From Folioceros fuciformis (lineage: Eukaryota), in NCBI GenBank assembly GCA_049999805.1, contig JBNGIO010006099.1, positions 295,243 to 359,242 of the forward strand: DNA of 64,000 bases. Direction: 5' to 3'. Below are positions 36,219 to 47,244 of this stretch, in pieces (the stretch's first letter is position 1; the number at the start of each line of letters is the position of its first letter). A program made the translations under genes and the position numbers. A model generated the notes under the pieces. That model did not search any database, was not told the origin of the DNA, and worked only from the letters and a program-made list of their open reading frames with translations.

Positions 36219-38546
36219 ATGGCCAGAAGTAGATCCCACAGCAGCAGCAGATCAGTCCAGGAACTCGGATTTGCCGCCTGCCTGATCCTCGCGCTCTTGG
36301 GCACCTCCAACTGGCCAGGCGCGCGCGCTCGGGACTTGGCAGCAGGGAAGGCAATGCTGGCGTTCAAGAAAGCCGCGGACCCGTCCAACCAGCTCTCGGA
36401 CTGGGACGGGAGCGACCCCTGCATCTCCACCGTCCACGGGCCGATCGGAGTGAGCTGCGACGGGGACAACCTGGTGTTCGCCATCCACCTGCGCGACATC
36501 ACCCTGGGAGGCACCTTCCCGGCGGGGACGCTAGGGGACATGACGAACCTGCAGGCGCTGAGCATGGAGGGGACGCAGCTCCGGGGCCCCCTCCCACCTG
36601 ACCTGGGTCATCTCTTCCTTCTCCAGAACCTGTCTCTCCCGGGAAACAACTTCACCGGCTCCCTCCCGGACCTCTCCAACCTCACGCAGCTCCGCAACCT
36701 AACTCTCCCGGGAAACCAGATCTCCGGCTCCATCTCCAGCGCGCTGGCCCGCCTCCCGCTCACCGTCCTACGGCTGGAGGAGAATCAGTTCCAGGGCCAG
36801 CTCCCGGGCATCAACGCGACCTCCCTGCTCGACTTCAACGTCTCCTACAACCGGGACTTGGGAGGGACGGTACCCCCGGGACTGCTGTCTAAGTTCGGCA
36901 AGTCCGCCTTCCTGGGAGACTCCCACCTGTGCGGTGCCCCGGTCCTTCCCGCGTGCCCGGTAGCCGCCCCGGCCCCGGGCTCGGGCTCGGGCTCGGCGGG
37001 CAATAAGCGGAACAAGGGCCTCAAGCCTTTGGCGGTAGCGGCCATCGTGATCGGCGACATTTTCTTCCTCTTCCTCCTCACCTTCTGGTTCTACCTTTAC
37101 TACAACAAGAAGTACAAGAAGGCAGTCAGGGAGCAGGATAGCAAACCCGGAGCGGGGAAGAAAGGAGGAGTGTCCAACGTTGTAGTGAGCAAAAGCGGGA
37201 ACAAGGCGTCCCCCCACACGAGCCAGAGCTACCTCGAATCCGGGCCCCTGTCGGCGCACGCCGACGATGGCGGCGGGCGTGGTCGTCTCGCCTTCTTCCC
37301 CGGCCATGAGCACTCCTTCGACCTCGAGGACCTCTTGCGCGCCTCCGCCGAGATGCTCGGCAAGGGCAGCTTCGGCACCGCGTACAAGGCCGTCCTGGAC
37401 AGCGGCGCCGAGGTCGTCGTGAAGCGCCTCCGCGACCTCCGCGACTCTGGCCGCAAGGAGTTCGAGCAGCAGATGGAGCTCCTCGGGAAGCTCCGCCACC
37501 CCAATCTCGTCCCCCTCAAGGCCTACTACTACGCGCGCGAGGAGAAGTTCCTCGTCGCCGAGTATCAGCCCAACGGGAGCGTCTACAACCTCCTGCACGG
37601 TAACAACATTCCTCCACATGCGTGTCTGTCTCTATTGTGTGAAGTCTCCCTTGGCATTGAAGCATCTCTGCGGTTTCTCGTCGGAATTGGCGACAAATAG
37701 ACTAGTGTTTGTTGCCGGACTTGAATTGTAACAGTTGTGCGCTCTCAAGCTCGCATGATGTCTGCAATAAGCACGGGTGTGCAACTTGCATGATGCATGC
37801 ATGCAGGGGCTGCGAGGACGGGGCTGAAGCGGAAGCCGCTCGGGTGGACGACGCGGCTGCGCATCGCGCTGGGAGTGGCCAGGGGGCTGGAGTACTTGCA
37901 CCGGGAATGCGAGTCGCAGCGGATCCCGCACGGCAACATCAAGTCCTCCAACATTCTGCTGGACGCCAACAACGAGCCGCGGATCAGCGACTACGGACTG
38001 GCGCCGCTCATGACCGGTGCCATGGCAGCGGCTCGCCTGGCGGGATACCGCGCGCCCGAGTACACTCAAACCAAGCGGATCACGCCAAAGGCAGACGTCT
38101 TCAGCTTCGGCGTGCTCATCTTGGAGTTGCTAACGGGCCGCCTTCCGGCGCAGTCCGTGGTGGTCGGTGTCCGTTCGGGTGCTGGGGGGGGAGCTTCGGT
38201 TCCGCCCGGGGTGGATCCCGGAATTGACCTCCCGCGGTGGACTCGCTCCGTGGTGCGGGAGGAGTGGACGGCCGAGGTGTTCGACATGGATCTTATGGCG
38301 TACAACGACATCGAGGAGGAATTAGTGAGCCTGCTGCAGATCGGCATGAACTGCGTGGAAAACTCCCCCGAGGCCAGGCCCAAGATGAGCGACGTCGTGA
38401 GGCAGATCGAGGAGATTCCTAGCCGGGACTTGTACACCGACACCTCTACTCACTATGAGGACTCCTATTCCGAAGGAAGCGATTCCGTTGCCGGAGGAGA
38501 CTCGCCTTCCATTGCTGCTGGCAACATCCATCGCCAACACCCGTAA
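36219..38546 (+). CDS. LRR receptor-like kinase, LRR-III type atypical kinase, intron 37600-37806
   Basis: Signal peptide, LRRNT, ~5 LRRs, TM helix, FDLEDLLRASAEMLGKG, HGNIKSSN (no catalytic Asp) and SVVREEWTAEVFD. Confidence 0.95.
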
Positions 38547-38869
38547 CAACAGTCTCATTCCTCTTTATTATTTACCCTGCTATCTAGTCGCTTATCTTCC
38601 CCATTATGTATGCACTACTACTACTCCTCATTTAAAGAAGCATGAAGCAGACCGGATGGGTCACATGGCACAGTCCTTTCCCCGTCCGTCCCAGGGAAAC
38701 AGAGACGATGTCGACTATGGAAAGGGAAATAGAGACTTCATATCAACTAGATGGGTAGTACCATCTATCCCTAGGGGAACAACACTCCCCAGGGCACCAG
38801 GCCACGGATCGCCGTGACCAACTGCGTAGACTAAATTCCACGTGATCCCATACCTGAAACTTTGGTTCT

Positions 38870-39510
38870 CCTCACTCGTCATGCACGTTCTCTCCCTCCT
38901 CATTTCATGAAGCAAAGAGGATCTGTCAGAGCCACCTAAATCAATTGGATTGTGGAACAGGGGACAGAGCACTGCCTTCTCTCGTCATTCCCCAACAGTG
39001 TATAGTCTATGTACCCAAAGTGAGGAGGGGTCAAACTCAGAGCTGGTCCCATCAGCACTCCACTCGCACCAACCTCCTTGCACTTCCTTTATTAGTTAAC
39101 ACCTTGCCTTTCCTCGTTATGCATGTCCTACTCCTTCGAATTTCACGAAGCAAAGCGGATCTGTCAGAGTAGCCGACATCCTTGCGTTCCCTTAATCCCC
39201 AACTATGTAGCCTATGTAACCCCGTAATTCCCAACTAATGTCTGTAGCCTATGTACCCAAAGTCAGCAAGGGCTAAACTGAGGGCTAGTCCCATAGTATC
39301 CATTTCCCTCCGCTTCCTTTATTAGTCGTCAACTACTACTCCACCTCCTTCCTCGGCGGATCTGTCAGGGTAGATCCTTGGATAGCGGAACTGGAAGCAC
39401 AGAACTAGACGTTTCTATGGCTTAAGCGCAGCACAACAATTCCCCAACTATGTAGACTATTTACCCAAAGTCAGCAAGGGCCAAATTGAGAGCTGGTCCC
39501 ATGGCACCCC
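38870..39510. repeat. Diverged ~230-bp tandem triplication between the RLK and ZFPL1 3' ends
   Basis: GGATCTGTCAG occurs at ~38919, ~39157 and ~39358. TACCCAAAGT..AAA(C/T)T(C/G)AG..GTCCCAT occurs at ~39012, ~39254 and ~39462. Confidence 0.8.
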
Positions 39511-39609
39511 ACTTGAAATAAATCCCCGAGATGAAGCTACCGGCAGGTGTTGATAAAGGTTCCAAAGTGATGTTAGAAACTTGAGCTAGTAAAACCCTTA
39601 CAGGTCAAG

Positions 39610-41482
39610 TTATTGCTCTTCTGGTTGCACATGTTCACCGCTACTCTGAGCAAGCCGATAATACAGCAGCATCATTGTGGCCATGCATGACCTACACCCA
39701 CAAGTTGTTAGAAGACTGACAGCGATAAGGCGGCACCACAAGTAACATAGCGACACACGATTCTTAAGGTGACTCACATGATAGCAAAAAACAGGAGTAT
39801 CTTCCTTGGATCCACGGGGGCAGAGCGGTTAGAGCGACGTCGAGGGCGGCTCTCCATGATGTCCTCAGCAAGATCCTCCCTGCGTGGTGCCGTGACGGGC
39901 AGTATGGGCAAACTTGACGACCAGAATGGAAGTAACAACTTCATTAGTTGCCTTGATATCGGACCTGCAAAGGATGTCTTCTTCTCAGAGACTTCTCGTT
40001 TCCAACTACAAGGGAGTGCATGGTACTTGCAAAGAGCACAAGCTTACCCCTCCTAGTGTACTTTCGGTGGCTGCCGTCATCATCCTGATACCTGTCCTGC
40101 TGTATACTTGAACTCCTCTCCCCACGGGAATATGAAGTCTTCCGAGCCAATGCTCCAGGCAGCAGCTGAAACACAACAGAAAAAGATGGTGAGCAGCAGT
40201 TCTGACTTGAAAACCAATGCTGCATCACGCATGCCAGCTGCAAGCTCTCTGGGGAACACAGTTCCACTCACTGGTTGCAGAGCTGGTGACTTTTGAAACT
40301 GTGGTGAAGTTGAAGGTCCAGGATTGGACAAATTAGCACCATGAGAGCCAGCCGCTTCAATCTCAGGAACTCCTGACCCGGAAACCAGATACGGCCGGCT
40401 GCCATGCACGCTGCTAGAATCAGCGAAGCCACCTGTCTCAGCTCTACTTACACCGTGAGCATCATGTGACAAGGCTCGTGATGCCTGTACATCCTTGTCT
40501 GATGGGGTGCTGGCTACAGACGAAAGGGGAGCAGAAGAAAATGCAGGGGGTGCAGAAGATTGCTGAGAGCTTGGGATGGATTCACTGCTCGCAACAAGAC
40601 CTGGGATAGCCTGCAACTCCAAAGGCACCATCAGCCTTCCTGATTCACATGTAGTCAGCACAATACCCAGCAGATACACACCTGTGAAAGCAGCTCCTTC
40701 AACCTGGATGGCAGGCCCGGTCCACCATCTCGGAAATGCTTTGGAGGCCAGACCTAAAAATTGCATGAAGGCCAAAACATAAAAAAAACCGCTCTAAACC
40801 CAGCAAACTTCCCTACAATTTCAGTCCATGACCCCACAAACTTACAGATGCGCTGCACGAAGGACACACATAGCCAGCTGGAGCAGTATGAGCTGGAAAG
40901 CTCTGCAAATGCTTCTCCAAGCATGCGGCGTGCAATAGATCTGTGAGAAAAACCATTCAGCCCACCAGATCCATAACCCTTGCTCCAGAAGCCACAAGCA
41001 TCGACAGCGAAGGCCACAAAAGGTCACCGGCACAACAATTCACGTACGTAGACACCCAAGGCGAGTTGCAGCCTCCCCATCAGCATCCTGGAATGCCTGT
41101 TGACACAAGCTGCACTTTGTAGGCCAGTCGTAGTCACCATCTATTACCCACTCTGAGTACGTTCGCACCTGCCATCGACCCGCTCAGTCACCCCACGACT
41201 TAGCCAGCAAGAAGTATTCCCAATCGGCGGCATGCAACAGAACAGGTGCGATCCCCCATCACGTACCACGCATAGCTGGTGCTCAGGGAAGCATATACAT
41301 TCACCACATACAGGAATTTTGTGTACGAAGCAGTACAGTTTTGTGGCCTGCCACAATTCAAACCAGCTTATCACGTCCCTCCCTCAGAGCAGCATGGGCT
41401 GCAAACCCCTCCGACCATGGAACTCAGGCGATTAGGGTTGCGAGCCGAGCAGACGAACCTTGCGGCATTTGCAAACCACCAT
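39610..41482 (-). CDS. ZFPL1: Zinc finger protein-like 1 homolog (N-terminal zinc cluster, RING/PHD-like domain, C-terminal TM), multi-exon
   Basis: MVVCKCRK|ATKLYCFVHKIPVCGECICFPEHQLCV|VRTYSEWVIDGDYDWP..RLGCL..HTAPAGYVCPSC..KYTRRG..DPRKILLFFAIM|SCMATMMLLYYRL. Confidence 0.92.
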
Positions 41483-41873
41483 GGCCTTCACCTCGTTCTT
41501 CCTACCAAGTGCTCCGGCTGCTCGTTTCCTCCCGGACTCCCGTTTGCCTGTGCGGTCACCCTGGGGCCCGGCCCGCACTGCTGGCGGTGGTCACCCGGTA
41601 GGATGGTGGGCCCCGGGTGCGGTGTGCCGGTGGCTGGAGCCGGTCGATTAAGGTTGATTACAAGAAGAAAGAAGCCCATCACCTAAAGTGAGTATTGCCT
41701 ACAGAGCTAGCTAGATTAAGATTAAAGGGGTGCATCGAGCAAAATGAGAAGCAAAGAGAAATTGCATGCTTGGAACAGACTAGGGTCCGATCACTGCTGG
41801 GATGGGGTGCCACGGATCCCTTGTGCGAGGAGCCGCTTGTTCTTGAAGGCCTGCCTGCGTGTGGTAGACTCTG

Positions 41874-42335
41874 AGCTACGATAAAGACGAAAGGAGTTCG
41901 TCCAGAATGCACGATGATGATGTTCTTCTCATGCTTGCCGTCGACAGATATTGAAGTCGGCTCAACAATTGCAGGTGGATGGGAAGGGAGGGGATGGAAC
42001 GATGGAAGAGGGAAGAAAGGAGATGGGCCTGGAGAGGCACAGTAGGGCAGCTGTCTTCTTGGGGACGCTGAGGAATTCGTCCAGAATGCAGGATGATGAG
42101 GGCCTGGCTGCCTTTGCTAGAGCTACGATGTGGATTCAAGGAATTCGACCAGAATGCAGGATAATATCCTTGACCTGCTTGCCGTAGAAAATCGTTGAAG
42201 GCGGCTGAACAATTGCAGGTAGATGGGAGGGCAGGGAATGGAACGATGGAAGCGGGAAGAAAGGAGATCGTTAGAGATCATGGCTGGCTTCCTGGAGAGG
42301 CGGTGGAGCAGCCATCTTCTTCGGGACGTAAAGGT
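41874..42335. repeat. ~247-bp tandem duplication of the NPF 3' end (41874-42072 vs 42120-42335)
   Basis: Shared blocks GAGCTACGAT..CCAGAATGCA..AACAATTGCAGGT..ATGGAACGATGGAAG..GGAAGAAAGGAGAT..CCTGGAGAGGC..TCTTCTT.GGGACG. Confidence 0.85.
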
Positions 42336-44715
42336 AGGCGAAGAGAATGAAGAGGACGGTGTTGACAGCAACGATGCCAGCCAGTAGCCAGTAGAACCAT
42401 GCCAGCCCTCCGGCCATGAGACCCTCAACGCTGAGCCAGCCGCCGTGCCAGTTCTTGGTGGAGGCGTTCACGATGTTCACCAGGATGGTGGAGAGGAAGT
42501 AGCCCATGGAGACGGCAGTGAAGTAGAAGGCGGTGCCGACGCTCTTCATGCCGTCGGGGGCCTCCTCGAAGAAGAATTTGAGTTGGGGGACTCCCAGGAT
42601 GAACTCCACGAACCCCAGGATCATGTACTGCGGCAGCAGCCAGAAGAAGGACATGGGGACCAGTCCTGCCTGGGTCTGAGGGGGAGTGATGTGATGTCGT
42701 TCGATGAGGCTGATCCTCTTGTCCTCCACCAGGGCGGCGGCCACCATGGAGAAGATGGCGGCCGTCAGGCCCACTCCGATGCGCTGGAGGTTGCTGAAGC
42801 CCAGGGGATGGCCGGTGTAGCGCCTGGCCACTGGCACCAGCACCGCCTCCCAGAAAGCCACGGACACGAATGCGGCCACTATGAGGAAGATGATGATGGA
42901 GGGAACAGGGATGCGGAAGTTGCTGCTGCCGACGTGCCGGTTCATGCTGATGGCTTGCTGTTGCGTGAAGGACAGCACTTGGGCAAAGAGGGTGTAGACG
43001 ATGAGGTTGGTGAACCAGATGGGGAGGAGCTGGATTATGGATTTCAGGTTCTCCACTTGCGTCACTGTGCACTGCTTCCAGTTGCTGGTCTCTCCTCCTT
43101 TTCTGATGGCTGCCTTGTCCAAGAACCTGCCAGCCTCCCAAGTCAGGGAAAAATTGTGCGCATCACATCCACCATAACGATTTCAGTTCCAGCTGGGGTA
43201 TGGTGAGACTCTAGAGAACGGTTGCCTCACGAGCTTACCGTAGCCTGTCGGTGTGAGAAATCTTCCGCACTTCCCTCGCTGCCACATCCCCAGCACGCAG
43301 CTCGTAGAGCTCCGAGCTGTCTGCAGGCAAGGCAAGACGGGAATTGGAGAAGGCAGCCACACCCACTTGAGCCAGTTGAGTGAACGCGCTCCCGGATGGC
43401 TTCTGGTGCCTGGGCCACACGGTGGTGCAACGTAAATCAGTGCAAGAACTTATTTCCTGCTGCCTGTCCTAAGGCTGGTCTAATCTTGAACAAGCTGATT
43501 GTGCGACCCTGAATTCAGGCATCGTGCACTCACCGGTAGAAGGGCGTTCCTAAGAAAAAGACAACGGTGGCCAGAACAGCGATGATGGTCATGGTCAGGA
43601 ACGCCCACTTATATGCTACCGTGGATGCCCAGGTGACCAAGGTGACGCTAGCAATGACACCGAGGTTGAGAAAGGAGTAAAACGCAGTGAAGAAGTGCTG
43701 GGCTTGCTCCCTCTCCACAAGATCGCCTAGGTCGAACTGGTCCTGCCCCAGCGACGAGAGGCAGGGCTTGAGACCCGCAGACCCAACGCTGAGCAAGAAC
43801 AGACCTGCTAGAAACAAGTTCAGGAACTTGGGTTCGGCTGCGGGGCAATCGGGGTAGGAAACACAAAGAGGAGGAAGCAAGGACGTGATCCCAGATTGCA
43901 TCGTCATGATAGACAGGCCCTGATCATGAGCAACACAATCGTGAAAAAAGAACGGGGTGCGTCAGCTCTCTGGCCGACATCCGGTCTACAGAAGCCAAGA
44001 CTTGAAGTAACAATTACAGGGAGGAGGCGTTGATAGTTCTTACAGCAAGCGCGATGACGAGGGACAAGCAGATGGTCAGGTATCGGCCCAGCTGGGCGTC
44101 GGAGACGAAGGCCCAGAAGAAGGGCAGCAGGTAGGTGGTGCCCATGAAGTTGGTCACTATATTGGCTGCCCTGGCCGGAGACAAGTGCATGGTGAAGAGC
44201 AGGTACGAGAAGACGTTGGCCGACACCCCGAAGACAATGGCCATGTCGGCGAACGACACCCCTGCCAACACCAACTCCACACGTTGCAATCACATTTCAC
44301 CGTACTCCGGATGAGCTTGCTTGTGCACATGAATCCAGATTCACCGACGGATCGACACACGAGCAGGAATCTATGCAGCGATCGCTCAAAATGAATGTGT
44401 ACCGAGGAGAAAACTGGCCGACTTCCATGACCCCGTCCTGAACTTGTTGCAAGGCCGGCCTCGAAGATCCACAGACCCGTCGGTGACGTAGCTCGCAACC
44501 GCATCCTCCTTCTCGTCAACGACGCCATCGCCATCGCCATTCCCACTCCCACCCCGGCTCGCCGGATCCTCCCCTAAACTCCCCGGCGAGGTCGAAATCA
44601 CCTGCAGGTACGGGGACATCCCGCATCATCAGGGAGCGTCCCTTCCACTCCGGCACTTCATTTCTCTCACTTTCTTTCCGCTTCTTCCAATCCACGCACG
44701 TAGACTACATACCAT
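42271..44715 (-). CDS. NPF: NRT1/PTR (NPF) family transporter, ~6 exons
   Basis: DGSVDLRG..TGSWKSA, LKPCLSSLGQDQFD, PSGSAFT, FLDKAA, CTVTQVE, LQRIGVG, WLLPQY and EEAPDGMKS. The first exon is inferred as ATG only (44715-44713, followed by GTATGT). Confidence 0.93.
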
Positions 44716-47244
44716 GTTTGTTTTCCCGATTGCGCGAGATCACGTCCGTCGCCCAGCAAGCTGCATCGCCAGACAAATCTTCTCAGCACGAGAGCGCGCC
44801 GGGAGACTTATTGAGCTCCCCTGCAGCTCTAGCCAGGACGGGAATCAAGCACGTTAAAAACGCGCCGGTGGCCGGCCCGGCGGGACCGGGAATGGAGCCG
44901 ACGTGGCGGCGGGCGTCGCTTCGGGAGGCGGCCATGGCGGACCAGGATCCAGGTCGGGAATCCACCATTCTTTTGTGCGCATTCCGACCGGAGCGTTTGT
45001 CAGGGCCGGCCTGCAAGTAACTTGAGAGAAGGGAAATTTAGAACTCGGCGGGTTTGCTCCACGGTAGACATGGCTTTGCTTTGGTTGATAGAAGAACACC
45101 GCCTGAATTCCCCGACTGGATCCCAGGTGGTGGCTTCCAACCACCTGCAAGTCACCATCTGCCTGTGGGTGACTATATGTCAGGCCCTTGGTGTCATCGA
45201 CAGCAGTTGTGGTAGTGGCAGGCAGGTTTGGATCTCGAGCTCTCCTGTTTCATCCACATCATTGGACACCGACCGTGAAAATGCTGTCGTCCCACCAGCT
45301 CGAGTTCGGAGAAGCGTGTTTGGCACAAGCAGCGAGCTCGTTGCTATCGGTGTGAAGACTGGTGTAAATTTGGGAAACAATTTGGTGGTATCGACGGCGG
45401 CAGACGGGTACAAGCGTAGTGATCAGAACTAGGACTAGGATACGCTTGAGGTTTAGGGATATCCCATTGGATATTCCCCAGATGCTAGAGGGGATAAGAT
45501 AGCTAGAATGGTCCCCACATAATATCCTACAGCATCATGCTACGGCTGGGCCTGGGATAGGCAGGCTTGTGGAAAGTAGTGTGTGGTTTACAGCTCCTTA
45601 GTTCGGGCTTTGTCGCCTTGCCCTTGGCTAATTTCTGTCCCTGCCGTCCTCCCTGTTTTGAGCGCAGGTGAAGAACTCCTTTGCAAATGGAGTTCACACC
45701 CACGGGCTATGCGAGTTCCGGGACAGGCACTCGACAATGGACTGCGAAAGTTCACCACCTCCAGTCAGCATCGTGGAGATGGAGCTTGGATCCATGATCA
45801 GAATCACGGGGAGGTTCTTATGGCCACTGGCCTTGGCTGCGATTAAGACGTCAAGGTTCCGGAAAATAAGAGCGGACCACCCATGTGTCCATCAAAACGG
45901 CGTCTCGACTGACCCTAAACCCTGGAGACGAGCCTTAGTAGGAGTCCAATCTGTGCCAAGAAACAAGAGTGCTCCGGTGCTGCATTTTGAGCCCTTTAGT
46001 GAAGACTTAAGGACGTAAAAAATTGTCGGTTTTCTTCAAAACTGTGAGTACGATGTCCCATGTGTGAACGTTTGCATGGGACTCTGACGTCTCTTCGCTG
46101 CCACGCGCGCAGTTGTGAAGAGGTCCTCTGCTTGCGTCGTTTTTAGTACACCAAATGATCGGCGCGATGTGATGAACTTGTGATGTTTGAGCGGAGAAGC
46201 TTGAAATGCTTGCCCGACGATCATGGGATCTCAGCCCCGTGGTTTTCTGAATAGCGTTAGCCTCGGAACTTTCGTGCCTCGATTTGACGCTGCTGTAATC
46301 GCAGCCAAGCCTGAAAAATGCAACTTGTCGCACAGCGAGAATTTCTCACCGCACTTGCTGTTCCCAGCTCGTGGCAGTGCTGGCTGATTTACGAGAGGCG
46401 GCCACAGCAGTGAGCAGATTTTCCAAGAAACGCAGCGGCGGTGTTCCCTTGTTCCATCTTCCTTCCTCCCTGCGCCTTGCTTCTTTCTGTGACAAGAATC
46501 GCAAGATTCGGGGGCCATGAACGGAGCTGAATTGAAATGATCCAGACATAGCCTCGTCTAATACAGAGGAATGAAGCAGCGCTGTTTTAGTTGCAAGCAA
46601 GATCGTTGCCGTGATCAGACGCGTGCGCAGAGCGCAGAGTGCAGAGTTGTGAAGCTGTCACCGAGGTTTGTTGAGCGCTCCAAAAGTTGCATTTGGAATG
46701 GAATGCAGTGGCATGGAATGCGATGTAATGTGCTGGAAGTCTGGTAGGGGACTCGGGAGAGCCTAGGTGGTGCAGCGTAAAGAAGAAGCCGGGGGTTGCG
46801 GGGCAGGGGAAGCGAGCCGGGTGAGGCGACGTCTGGCCGGCCGGCCCTGCTGTAACCGCAAGGGTAGCGTGTAACTGACCGAGGGGGACAGGCGTAACGG
46901 CTACTGCTCGCTGACTTCTTGCTTTGCTGCGGCCACGCGTGGCTGTAACGCCTGGTGTGCCGTTGCGTCCCCTGCCCCGGGACACCAAACACTGCAGAGC
47001 CGCTGTCCGGTGCGTTTGAAATGCGACGGGGCCAGAAGGTCGTTGGGACATTGTCATGGCTTCATATCATACCCCCGGACTCTCTTCTTGCCTCGCAACA
47101 AGCGCCAGTCGCAGGCTCTGATTTCCGCATCTGCATCGCCTTCCTGTGGCCGATCTCGCCCTCCTCGGCTGCTTCGCAGCTGCGAGCAGGGAGGCGAGAG
47201 GGGAATGATCGGTTGCGTGCACTGGTCACACTGGCAGGAGTCCG

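Noticed and set aside
36768-37619. Long antisense ORFs over the RLK (also over NPF, FtsZ and START genes)
   Set aside because: Shadow ORFs caused by GC3-rich codon usage.
38747-38774. Hairpin TAGATGG..CCATCTA followed by CTAG as a Helitron 3' end
   Set aside because: The spacing is too short, there is no following T, and no 5' end was found.
45380-45600. Possible LTR/PBS remnant (TGGTATCG; GGGATATCCC motifs)
   Set aside because: No TG..CA boundaries, TSD or coding remnant could be established.
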